Assembly (NCBI GenBank): GCA_046328655.1
Contig: JAXLWE010000033.1
Coordinates: 502 to 64,501 of the forward strand
DNA from: Anaerolineae bacterium
GTDB lineage: Bacteria; Chloroflexota; Anaerolineae; Aggregatilineales; Phototrophicaceae
Length of the DNA stretch: 64,000 nucleotides
Direction: 5' to 3'
Program-made: the position numbers and the translations under genes
The notes under the pieces: model-generated
Told to the model about the DNA's origin: nothing
The model's database searches: none
The model's input: the letters and a program-made list of their open reading frames with translations, nothing else
Part shown: piece by piece, positions 1 to 8,439 of the stretch
How the letters are laid out: every line of letters starts with the position of its first letter
Position numbering within the stretch: the stretch's first letter is position 1

Positions 1-240
1 TTCCGGCGCAAGCAGGTGCTGCGCAGTCGCATGGTCGGCAACTGGCTGATCGCGGCGGGCGGGCTGCTCCCGGCTCTCGGCGGCTCGCTGGTGCGCCTGA
101 ACCTGACCCAGTTCAACTATATCGGCATCATGCTCGGCGTGATCCTGATCTTCGTCGGCTATTTGCAGACCGCCAATTCGCCCGACGACGCCCGGACGAC
201 CTCGCACCGCGCCGCCGCTGGCGGGACTGCGGGGCATTGA
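1..240 (+). CDS. Membrane protein, 3' part (runs off window start)
   Basis: Open frame from base 1 with two hydrophobic segments (GNWLIAAGGLLPALGG; YIGIMLGVILIFVGYL); stop overlaps the next start. Confidence 0.7.
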   Translation, partial: FRRKQVLRSRMVGNWLIAAGGLLPALGGSLVRLNLTQFNYIGIMLGVILIFVGYLQTANSPDDARTTSHRAAAGGTAGH

Positions 241-629
241 TGGATCAGCTTTATCCGCTGCTGCACACGGCGCATTACTGGCTCAGCCGCGCCGGGATCG
301 TCATCGGGCTGGTCATGCTGGTGACGGCGATCACCATCGGGTTGATCCGGCACGGCGACGTAACTCAATGGTTTCGACGCGGCGCGTATGCCGTCACCGC
401 CTTCATCGGCGTCGAGTTCGTCATCGGCTTGACCATGTATCTGTCGGGCGGGCGACCGCACGAGGATGTCCACCTGATCTACGGCGTGGGCGCGCTGCTG
501 TCGCTGCCATTCTTCATCTTCGTCGAGACGACGGCGAAGAAACGCCCGGCGATGGGCAGCTATATCTGGGCGTTCGCGCTGATGGTGGCGATCTTCCTGC
601 GCAGCATCATGACGGGCGCGGCGGGCTGA
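240..629 (+). CDS. Hypothetical 4-TM membrane protein
   Basis: Four hydrophobic helices with His residues (HTAH, HEDVHLIYG); TGATG coupling to upstream gene. Confidence 0.8.
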   Translation: MDQLYPLLHTAHYWLSRAGIVIGLVMLVTAITIGLIRHGDVTQWFRRGAYAVTAFIGVEFVIGLTMYLSGGRPHEDVHLIYGVGALLSLPFFIFVETTAKKRPAMGSYIWAFALMVAIFLRSIMTGAAG

Positions 630-757
630 AGCCGCATCAGTCCACCCGCCATTGACACGGCTGTCAAACCCCTATAGCGTTAGCAGCAGTGCATGGCGAA
701 GCGACAAGCCGTTTCGCAAGGGCGCAGAGCCATCTGCGCCCCCGCGTTGGAGTTGTA

Positions 758-2041
758 ATGGGCATTCCCTTACCGCGCACCCGGCTGTTCTGGTCAGTCT
801 CGCTGGGGCATTTCACCGTCGACATGTTCAGCGCTGCCGTCGCGGTGATCCTCGCCTTCCTGAGCGGGCACCTGCTCTCGATGACCAATACCGAAATCGG
901 CTTCGCGCTCAGCGGCTACCAGTTGACCAGCGCCATCAGCCAGCCGTTGTGCGGCTGGATCGCCGACCGAACTGGCGGGCGCTGGCTCGGCGCGGGCGGC
1001 GTCGCGTGGACGGTGTTCATGATCCTGCTGGCGCTGCTGGCTGCGACCGTGACCCACTCGTATGCGCTGATGGTCATCCCGCTGGTGCTGGCGGCGCTCG
1101 GCAGCGGGGCGTTTCACCCGGTCGGCGCGATGCACGCCGCGCACGCCGAGACCGGGCGCATGACCAACCTGTCGCTGTTCTTTTTCATGGGGCAGCTTGG
1201 CGGCGCGGTCGGTCCGGTGCTGGCCGGTTTCCTGCTCGACCAGACCGCGTCGCGCAACGCCCTGTTCACGGCTGCGCTCGGTCCGACCTTCAGCGGGCGG
1301 CTGGTCGAAAACGGCTCGGTCGCGCCGCTGTTTCTGCTCGGCTTGGTCGCCATCCCCGGCGTGGCGCTGATGTCGCTGGTGATCCCCGGCGCTGCCGCGC
1401 ACCGCGCCTTGCACGGGCATCCCGCCAGCGCGGGCGCATCACGCCGCTTGATCAATCTCGCGCCGCTGCTGGTGCTGGCGGTCGTGATCCTGCTGCGCGG
1501 GCTGATCAATCCCGGCTTGGTCTCGTTTCTGCCACGCCTGTTTCAGCTTCGCGGCTGGTCTGCCGCCGAATACGGGCTGGTGACGAGCATGTACTGGCTG
1601 GGTGGGGCGCTGATGGGCGTGATCTTTGGGCAGTTTGGCGACCGCTTCGGCAGCCGCCTGCTGATCGTAGCGAGTATGCTGCTGGCGGCTCCGGCGGTCT
1701 TTGGGCTGACGATCAGCGACGGCGTGATCAGCTTCGCGCTGGCGCTGGCGGTGGGCGCGTTCAGCGGCGGCTCGCACAGCATCATCGTGGCGCTGACGCA
1801 GAAACTGATGCCGACCGGCAAGGGGCTGGCATCTGGCGCGGCGCTCGGCTTCATCTTCGGCACGGGCGCGCTCGGCGTGCTGGTGATCGGCGCGCTCGCC
1901 GACCGCTTCGGGCTGGACTTCGCCTTTCAGGTCGTCGCCGTCGTCGGCGTGATCACTGGCTTGCTGGCGTTCCTGCTCCCGGCGGATCGTCCGGCGCGCG
2001 TGGCTGTGTCGACCGTCGTCGAGGAGCCGCTGACCGTCTAG
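758..2041 (+). CDS. MFS transporter (Fsr/fosmidomycin-resistance-like)
   Basis: About 12 TM helices; GHFTVD in TM1; QPLCGWIADRTG and GQFGDRFG motif A copies; GSGAFHP motif. Confidence 0.85.
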   Translation: MGIPLPRTRLFWSVSLGHFTVDMFSAAVAVILAFLSGHLLSMTNTEIGFALSGYQLTSAISQPLCGWIADRTGGRWLGAGGVAWTVFMILLALLAATVTHSYALMVIPLVLAALGSGAFHPVGAMHAAHAETGRMTNLSLFFFMGQLGGAVGPVLAGFLLDQTASRNALFTAALGPTFSGRLVENGSVAPLFLLGLVAIPGVALMSLVIPGAAAHRALHGHPASAGASRRLINLAPLLVLAVVILLRGLINPGLVSFLPRLFQLRGWSAAEYGLVTSMYWLGGALMGVIFGQFGDRFGSRLLIVASMLLAAPAVFGLTISDGVISFALALAVGAFSGGSHSIIVALTQKLMPTGKGLASGAALGFIFGTGALGVLVIGALADRFGLDFAFQVVAVVGVITGLLAFLLPADRPARVAVSTVVEEPLTV

Positions 2042-2226
2042 CGGTGGTCGTGCCGCCGCCCCCACACGCTGCTGCCGACGAAGATGAACAGCACCCCGGC
2101 GAGGATCGCTGCGAAAACGAGCTGCATCTGGCTGACCGGCTCCAGCGTGAGCAGCAGGATTATCCCCAGCGCTAAGAGAGTGACTGTCTCGACCGGCTCG
2201 ATGTTCTGAAACGGATTCTTGAACAT
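2038..2226 (-). CDS. Small 2-TM membrane protein (62 aa, MFKNPFQ...RRHDHR)
   Basis: ATG at 2226 preceded by a strong GAGGAGGTG Shine-Dalgarno; two hydrophobic helices; hidden at the end of the spurious 727-aa ORF. Confidence 0.7.
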   Translation of the reverse strand: MFKNPFQNIEPVETVTLLALGIILLLTLEPVSQMQLVFAAILAGVLFIFVGSSVWGRRHDHR

Positions 2227-2361
2227 ACGCCACCTCCTCACCCTGACCGTAGCACGTTTGCCCGCCTGAGTCACGGGGCGGCAGTCACGATTCGCCGATG
2301 ACAGCCCTCCCGTTCGCCCCGTGATGCAAATGGTGATAAAATGCAAACGATTGGGGGAAAA

Positions 2362-4176
2362 ATGGCGCAGATATTCATCAGCTACAGCAAGCACAATATC
2401 GACTTCGCCCGGCACTTGCGCGCGCAGCTTCAGGGCGCGGGCTTCGAGGTCTGGATGGACGAGATTCGCCTGTCCACCAGCCAGCACTGGGCGGAAACGC
2501 TCGAATCCAACATCACCGGCTGCACCATCTTCATGATCATCCTCTCGCCGGAAGCGAAATCGTCGCAGTGGGTCGCCCGTGAGCTGATGCTGGCGGAGCG
2601 GCTGAACAAGCCGATCTTCCCGATCCTGTACAAAGGCGATGTGTGGTGGAATCTCGCCAACATCCAGTACGAAGACATGCGCGAGGGGTCGGGCGACGCC
2701 TGGAACGCATGGTCGAATACCTGGGCGCAAGGCCAAGCTGGAAGCCGTGCCGCAGAGCGGGCGCGTCAAGCTCAACAGGGCGACCTCGGCGGCTCCGGCG
2801 TCGACGAGACCGACTCGCGCCGCCTGGAAGCCGCCATGCCCGCCGAGACGCAGGCTGCCAGCGACACCGAAGTCTGGGTGAAAATCTCGCTGCCGGATTC
2901 GCTGGGGCTGCGCGGCGAACTGCCCGCTGCCGTCCCGTCCGGCGACGTGATCCAGAAGGGCGACGCCCGCGCGACCACGTTCCCGATCCGCTTCCCGGTC
3001 GACTCGCAGACCGGGCGGCGCTTGCCCGCCCCGGCGGAACTGCGCGTCATCTGCGGCGACTTCAACATCATCGCCCCCGGCGACCACGCCGATGTGGAAA
3101 TCCCGGCGGAGACCGACTCGCGCACCGTGATTTTCACACTGGAGCCGAAGCCGGGCGGCAAGACCAGCGGGCGCACCCGTGTCTTTGTCGACCTGATCTA
3201 CGAGATGAAGATCATCGCCCAGATTTCGGTGTCGACCCAGCTTGTCGAGCGGGTGACGGCGGCTGTGCCCGCCTGGAATCTGAACTCGACCGGAGCGCTG
3301 CCGCCTGCCGGAGAAGCGCTGCGCGGTGGCGCAGCCGCCCCGCTGTCTCTGCCGGAGCTTGACGACCTCGACCTGAGCGACGAAACGCTCGATGATATGC
3401 TGATCACGGCTGAAGCCAGCCCGGTCGCGCTGATGGACGATTTCCAGACGCAGCCCGCCGAAGCGCAGGCGGTCGTCGGCAGGCGCAGCCGCGCGACCAG
3501 CGCGGCGCTGCTGCGCTTTGCGTCGGCGTCGGCGGCGATCCTGCTGGTCTTTTTCGTCGTGGTCATGATCGGCAGGAACAACGCCAGCGTGCCGTCCACC
3601 AGCAATGTCAACAGCGTTCCACCCAACGCAACTCAGATCAACACCGATGCCTCCGCGTTCGACGCCACCGAAGCAGTAGCGGCGGCGCGGGCAGATGTCA
3701 CGGTCGCGCCGTTCGTCAACTGCACGGGGACGCCGGGTACGTCGCTGGTCAGCCTGCTGCAAACCTCCGGCTTGAACGCCAGCCTGCTCCCGGAGGGTAT
3801 CAACGATCAGAACGTCGCCCGCAGTACCCCCAACACCGGCGTCGTGGTGTGGGGTGCGTGCAGCGGTGACGCGCTCTGGCTGTACGTCGAGCTGCTCAAC
3901 GCGCTGGGGCGCGAAGCCCTCGACGCGCCGCCGACGATCACGCTGATCGTCCCTGCCGATACGGTCGAGCGGGGTGATTCGTATGCCACTCGTCTCGTCC
4001 GCGCCGTGACCGACTATGCGCGCGGCGTCTCCGGCGAAGCACTGGTGCAGACCTTCGACGAGCTGGTGCAGACGGCGATGGACGAGGAAGATGCCGCCGC
4101 GCTGCGCACCCTGCGCGACAACAGTATGTCGCTGGAGGATTTGGGACCCGCCGCCACGCCATTTGCCGAGCCGTAG
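2362..4176 (+). CDS. TIR-domain (TIR_2) protein with central beta-rich domain, one TM helix and C-terminal domain
   Basis: IFISYS...VWMD...IILSP...SQWVAREL...KPIFPI TIR motifs including the catalytic-position Glu; TM segment AAILLVFFVVVMI. Confidence 0.85.
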   Translation: MAQIFISYSKHNIDFARHLRAQLQGAGFEVWMDEIRLSTSQHWAETLESNITGCTIFMIILSPEAKSSQWVARELMLAERLNKPIFPILYKGDVWWNLANIQYEDMREGSGDAWNAWSNTWAQGQAGSRAAERARQAQQGDLGGSGVDETDSRRLEAAMPAETQAASDTEVWVKISLPDSLGLRGELPAAVPSGDVIQKGDARATTFPIRFPVDSQTGRRLPAPAELRVICGDFNIIAPGDHADVEIPAETDSRTVIFTLEPKPGGKTSGRTRVFVDLIYEMKIIAQISVSTQLVERVTAAVPAWNLNSTGALPPAGEALRGGAAAPLSLPELDDLDLSDETLDDMLITAEASPVALMDDFQTQPAEAQAVVGRRSRATSAALLRFASASAAILLVFFVVVMIGRNNASVPSTSNVNSVPPNATQINTDASAFDATEAVAAARADVTVAPFVNCTGTPGTSLVSLLQTSGLNASLLPEGINDQNVARSTPNTGVVVWGACSGDALWLYVELLNALGREALDAPPTITLIVPADTVERGDSYATRLVRAVTDYARGVSGEALVQTFDELVQTAMDEEDAAALRTLRDNSMSLEDLGPAATPFAEP

Positions 4177-4321
4177 CGCCCGGCGATTCCGCCGCCGCTG
4201 CCTGACGGTCGTTATGAGCAACCTTAATCTTTTGACGGTCTGATTCGCCGCGTTTAGTGTTACTCTACATGAAACCGTACATTCAGAAAGTCGTAGCAGA
4301 ACGCACGTCGGAGGTCAGGTC

Positions 4322-5551
4322 GTGAGCCGTTGGGAAAATAAATACGTCATCGGTCTCACCGGCAATATCGCGGTTGGCAAGAGCGTGGTGCGCCAGATGC
4401 TTCAGCACCTGGGCGCGTACACCATCGACGCCGACGGCTTGTCTCATCAGGCGATGATGCCGGGTGCGCCCGCTTACAAGCCGGTGCTCGACATGTTCGG
4501 GCGGTTCCTGCTGGACGAAGAGGGACGCATCAACCGCGCACGGCTGGGCAGCATCGTATTCACCATGCCCGACGCCCTGAATGTCCTCGAAACGATTGTG
4601 CATCCGGTCGTCACTCAGGCGGTTAACGCGCTGGTCGCGCGTTCCAAACAGCAGGTCATCGTCATCGAGGCGATTAAGCTGCTGGAAACCGATCTGGCGG
4701 GCATGGTCGACGCGATCTGGGTGGTCGACGCTTCGCCGGAGTCGCAGCTCAAGCGGCTGGTTGAAAAGCGCAAGATGACCGAGGACGAGGCTCGCAAGCG
4801 CATCTACGCGCAGCGCCCGCAGTCAGATAAGCGCGCCCGCGCCAGCGTGATCATCATGAATGACGGCAACGTCGAGGAGACCTGGAAGCAGGTGCAGGTC
4901 GCCTGGAACGACATCCGTCGCAAGATCGGCGAAGCGCCGACCCAGCTTCACATGAAGCCGACGCCGCAGGCGCAGCCGAGCAGCCTGCCGCCGATCCCGC
5001 GCCAGCCGCCCGGCACGGGGCAGTTGAACGCCAACCGCAGTCTGGTCGACCCCAAGACCGAGATCATCGTCCGGCGCGGGATGCCCGGCAACGCCGAGAC
5101 GATTGCCAGCTTCATCTCGCTGGTGACCGGCAAGCAGGTCGCGCGCATGGACATCATGCTGGCGTTCGGGCAGAAAAGCTATCACCTCGCCTATGGCAAG
5201 CACGAGCAGGTGATCGCCGTGCTCGGCTGGACGGTCGAGAACCTGATCACCCGCGTCGACGAGCTGTACGTCGCGCCGGATGTGCCCTACAACGAAATCA
5301 TCCACGGACTGATCAGCGCGATTGAAGATGCATCGCGCGAGCTTCAGAGCGAAGTCAGCTTCGTCGTCCTGCCGAATTCCACCTCGCCGGACATCTTCCA
5401 GGCGTTCGTGAAAAGCGGCTATCAACTCCTCAAGCTAAATGAGGTAAAATTCCCGGCATGGCGTGAAGCCGCGCACGAAATGATCTCTGAGAACAACGTG
5501 CAGGCGTTCATGAAACAGCTTCGCGCCGACCGGGTGATGAAACCGATTTAG
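4322..5551 (+). CDS. coaE: Dephospho-CoA kinase with Pro/Gln-rich linker and C-terminal GNAT-like domain
   Basis: GLTGNIAVGKS Walker A, IDAD, INRARLG, LETIVHP; about 200-aa extension with GNAT-like pattern. Confidence 0.9.
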   Translation: MSRWENKYVIGLTGNIAVGKSVVRQMLQHLGAYTIDADGLSHQAMMPGAPAYKPVLDMFGRFLLDEEGRINRARLGSIVFTMPDALNVLETIVHPVVTQAVNALVARSKQQVIVIEAIKLLETDLAGMVDAIWVVDASPESQLKRLVEKRKMTEDEARKRIYAQRPQSDKRARASVIIMNDGNVEETWKQVQVAWNDIRRKIGEAPTQLHMKPTPQAQPSSLPPIPRQPPGTGQLNANRSLVDPKTEIIVRRGMPGNAETIASFISLVTGKQVARMDIMLAFGQKSYHLAYGKHEQVIAVLGWTVENLITRVDELYVAPDVPYNEIIHGLISAIEDASRELQSEVSFVVLPNSTSPDIFQAFVKSGYQLLKLNEVKFPAWREAAHEMISENNVQAFMKQLRADRVMKPI

Positions 5552-5561
5552 CGAGGAACTC

Positions 5562-5819
5562 ATGGAAACGTTGCGAAATCTACCGCCGGTTCACTGGGCG
5601 TCGGTGCATCCGCGCCTGGCAGCCTGGATCGTGCTCGCGCTCGGTATGGTCATTCTGCTGGTGATCGAAGCCCGCGACGTGGGGCTGCTGCCGGGGCAGT
5701 GGATCGCGCTGGTGGTGGCGACGGTGCTGGTCGCCGGGGCGTGCATCTGGATCGTCAGTTGGGAGGACAACGACGAGCCGGAAGATTCGGACGAGCCGAA
5801 AGACAAGCCAGCGGTGTAA
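5562..5819 (+). CDS. Small 2-TM membrane protein with acidic tail
   Basis: GAGGA RBS, two hydrophobic helices. Confidence 0.75.
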   Translation: METLRNLPPVHWASVHPRLAAWIVLALGMVILLVIEARDVGLLPGQWIALVVATVLVAGACIWIVSWEDNDEPEDSDEPKDKPAV

Positions 5820-5848
5820 TTGATGTTCCGCGTATAATAGTGAACGAA

Positions 5849-5875
5849 AACGGGCGACCCGACAGGTCGCCCGTT
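5849..5875. terminator. Hairpin between convergent genes (REP-like core, likely bidirectional terminator)
   Basis: AACGGGCGACC-cgaca-GGTCGCCCGTT. Confidence 0.55.
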
Positions 5876-5888
5876 CGATTCCTCGTGA

Positions 5889-7430
5889 CTACTTCTGCTC
5901 TCTCAGGTGCGGGTAGAGCAGCACGTCGCGGATCGTGCGCTGGTCGGTCAGCAGCATAGTCAGGCGGTCGACGCCCATGCCGAAGCCGCCGTTGGGCGGC
6001 ATCCCGTAGCGCATCGCCCGCAGGTAATCCTCGTCCAGCGGCGTCTCGTCGTCGTCGCCCTCGCGGTACAGCTTCGCCATGTCGAGGAAGCGCGCTTCCT
6101 GATCGCGCGGGTCGTTCAGCTCGGTGAAGGCGTTGCCCATCTCGAAGCCCGCGATATAGAACTCGAAGCGCTCGACATGCACGTCGTCGTAGCTGACACG
6201 CTTGGCGAACGGCGAGATGTCGCGCGGGTAGTCGTAGATGATCGTCGGCTCGATCAGCTTCGGCTCGACGTGCTTGCCGAGCAGATGCTCGACCAGCTTG
6301 CCCCATGTCTGACCGGGCGCGATGTCGTCGCCCAGCGTGCGGATCGCCGCTTCGAGCGCAGGCGCAGTCGGGTACTGCATGTAGTCGATGCGCGTCTCGC
6401 GCTTGATCGCCTCGCGCATGGTCAGGCGCTTCCAGGGCGGCGCGAAGTCGATCTCATCATCCAGATAGCGCACTTTGGTGCTGCCGGTCACCTGCTCGGC
6501 GGTGTAGGCGAGCATATTCTCGGTCAGCTTCATCACGCCGTTGTAGTCGATGTACGCCTTGTAGAACTCCAGCATGGTGAATTCGGTGTTGTGCTTGAAG
6601 CTCACGCCCTCGTTGCGGAAGTCGCGCCCGATCTCATACACGCCGTCGTAGCCGCCGACCAGCAGGCGCTTCAGGTACAGCTCGAAGCTGATGCGCAGGT
6701 ACAAATCCTGATGAAGCTGGTTATGGTGGGTGATGAACGGGCGTGCCGCCGCGCCGCCGTAGACCGGCTGGAGGATCGGCGTCTCAACTTCGAGGAAGCC
6801 GTCGTTATCCAGAAAATGGCGCAGCGAGCGGATCACCTGGGCGCGCTTGATGAAGGTGTCACGCACGTCGCGGTTGACGGCAAGGTCGGCGTAGCGCTGG
6901 CGATAGCGCGTCTCGGTGTCGCTGAATTCGCCGAACTCGACTACTGTGCCGTCGTCGAGCGTTTTCTGCTTGATCACCGGCAGCGGGCTGAGCGACTTGC
7001 TCAGCAGCTTGAACTCGCTCACCCGCACGCTGATCTCGCCCGCCTTGGTGCGCATCATCCTACCGGACGCCTGCACGAAGTCGTCCATGTCGATCAGCTT
7101 GTCCTTGACGGCGTTGTAAGCCGCCTCGTCCATGTCGTTGATGCGCAGGAACAATTGCAGGCGCCCTGTCGCGTCCTCAATGTGCAGGAACGAGACTTTG
7201 CCCTTGATATTGACGCGCCGAATCCGCCCGCAGACCGTGACCTCGACCGGCGTCTCGGCGGTGGAATCAACGTCGGGGTGCTCGGCTTCGTAAGTCTGGA
7301 AAGCGGCAATCGCTTCGGCGTTGGTGTGCGTGCGCTCGACGCGGGCGGGGTAGGCGGGCATGTTCGCCGCTTCCAGCGCGCGCAGCTTGTCGTAGCGCTC
7401 CTGTTCCAGTTGGTTCGAGGGCTGCCACAT
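5889..7430 (-). CDS. lysS: Lysine-tRNA ligase (class II)
   Basis: OB-fold N-terminus, RYRQRYADL, FLEVETP, GGAAARPF, FRNEG, GMPPNGGFGMGVDRL. Confidence 0.98.
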   Translation of the reverse strand: MWQPSNQLEQERYDKLRALEAANMPAYPARVERTHTNAEAIAAFQTYEAEHPDVDSTAETPVEVTVCGRIRRVNIKGKVSFLHIEDATGRLQLFLRINDMDEAAYNAVKDKLIDMDDFVQASGRMMRTKAGEISVRVSEFKLLSKSLSPLPVIKQKTLDDGTVVEFGEFSDTETRYRQRYADLAVNRDVRDTFIKRAQVIRSLRHFLDNDGFLEVETPILQPVYGGAAARPFITHHNQLHQDLYLRISFELYLKRLLVGGYDGVYEIGRDFRNEGVSFKHNTEFTMLEFYKAYIDYNGVMKLTENMLAYTAEQVTGSTKVRYLDDEIDFAPPWKRLTMREAIKRETRIDYMQYPTAPALEAAIRTLGDDIAPGQTWGKLVEHLLGKHVEPKLIEPTIIYDYPRDISPFAKRVSYDDVHVERFEFYIAGFEMGNAFTELNDPRDQEARFLDMAKLYREGDDDETPLDEDYLRAMRYGMPPNGGFGMGVDRLTMLLTDQRTIRDVLLYPHLREQK

Positions 7431-7554
7431 GTCTGGTTCCTTAAGAGTGTTGGGTGTCGAGTGATGAATACTGGGTCAGAAGATTCCTGAAAGCGACGGC
7501 TTGCGTTATGCTGTGCCCAGTTTTTGCTGAGCGGTCGGCACTTCTTTTCCCGGT

Positions 7555-7589
7555 AAAGAAAAGCCCCGATCCGAATCCGGTCGGGGCTT
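7555..7589 (-). terminator. Intrinsic terminator downstream of greA
   Basis: Minus strand AAGCCCCGA...TCGGGGCTT followed by TTCTTT. Confidence 0.75.
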
Positions 7590-7613
7590 GATCGTCACAA
7601 ACGGACGTTCGTC

Positions 7614-8087
7614 TCAGGCAATCGACTTGATGACGAACACGATCTCCCCGGCGGGGGCGTTGACCTTGACCTTCGCGCCCACCTTCGCGCCAAGCAGCGC
7701 CTTGCCCAGCGGGCTTTCGATGGAAATCTTGCCCTCGTCCGGGTTGGCTTCCGCCGAGCCGACGAGGTGATAGACCTCTTTGTCGCTGACGCCTTCTTCG
7801 ACGACTGTCACGCGCGAGCCGAGCGAGACCACGTCCTTCTTGCCGGTCGCTTCGATGACCTGGGCGCTGCTGAGAATTCCTTCGAGGCGCAGAATTTCGC
7901 CTTCGACGAACGCCTGCTCGTTCTTGGCGTCCTCGTATTCCGCGTTTTCGCTTAAGTCTCCGCCTTCTTCAAGAGCCTGGCGCAGACGCTCCGCCACTTC
8001 CGGGCGGCGAACGTCCTGGAGGAATTTCAGCCGCTCCTCCAGCTTCTTCAGACCCTCTGCGGTTAAATACTGCGGCTGATTGACCAT
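7614..8087 (-). CDS. greA: Transcription elongation factor GreA
   Basis: GDLSENAEYEDAK and ISIESPLGKALLG motifs; AAGGAG RBS. Confidence 0.97.
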   Translation of the reverse strand: MVNQPQYLTAEGLKKLEERLKFLQDVRRPEVAERLRQALEEGGDLSENAEYEDAKNEQAFVEGEILRLEGILSSAQVIEATGKKDVVSLGSRVTVVEEGVSDKEVYHLVGSAEANPDEGKISIESPLGKALLGAKVGAKVKVNAPAGEIVFVIKSIA

Positions 8088-8107
8088 CCTACAGCTCCTT
8101 CATTAGT

Positions 8108-8181
8108 GAAAAAACGCGCCCTAAGTTCAGCGCATCCCACTCTTGCTTATAAATTAGAAAGACACAGCTTCTGCTGTGCCC
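8108..8181 (-). terminator. Two terminator-like hairpins in the greA 5' leader
   Basis: GGCACAGC-agaa-GCTGTGTC+TTTCT and GATGCGC...GCGCGTT+TTTT on minus strand. Confidence 0.6.
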
Positions 8182-8232
8182 GGTGGTCACATCGGGAGTA
8201 TGTGTCGCGTCACTTCAGCGTATGTCGCCTGT

Positions 8233-8261
8233 ACTATAACATGGAACATAGTGAAAGTAAA
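8233..8261 (-). promoter_or_regulatory. sigma70-type promoter of greA
   Basis: TTTACT-17 bp-TATAGT with TGn extended -10. Confidence 0.7.
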
Positions 8262-8328
8262 CCTCAATATCACCCGCCTGCCGAGTGACAAATGTCGTAA
8301 ATTTTGCGCCGTTTCATGCGCCGGACGC

Positions 8329-8388
8329 TTGACGCGCCGTCATATCAGTCCTATGCTTTATCATAGTGATATATCCAAGTTGGATATA
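8329..8388 (+). promoter_or_regulatory. sigma70 promoter plus perfect palindromic operator
   Basis: TTGACG(8329)-17 bp-TATGCT(8352); TATATCCAA-G-TTGGATATA at 8370-8388. Confidence 0.7.
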
Positions 8389-8439
8389 GTGATGGCGGAG
8401 CGGCATCGTTCAGCCAAAGCGTCGATGGCGGGGTGATTT

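Noticed and set aside
652-2175. 507-aa plus-strand ORF overlapping the MFS gene
   Set aside because: Alternative frame, Arg/Ala/Gly-rich with no motifs; the MFS frame explains the region
2227-4221. Bulk of the 727-aa minus-strand ORF
   Set aside because: Antisense shadow of the TIR gene; only the last 62 codons have an RBS and a plausible protein
5870-5885. GTTCGATTCC resembling a tRNA T-loop
   Set aside because: No cloverleaf or acceptor stem; it is the flank of an intergenic hairpin
7446-7476. Weak heptamer periodicity (GTGTTGG GTGTCGA GTGATGA ATACTGG) upstream of lysS, and a possible T-box or lysine riboswitch
   Set aside because: Too degenerate to call, and no T-box or lysine-riboswitch consensus is visible
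5907-7490. 527-aa ORF antisense to lysS (likewise 10850-12661, 30921-32774, 40633-42645, 58958-60433)
   Set aside because: Typical stop-poor antisense frames of high-GC genes; no recognisable motifs
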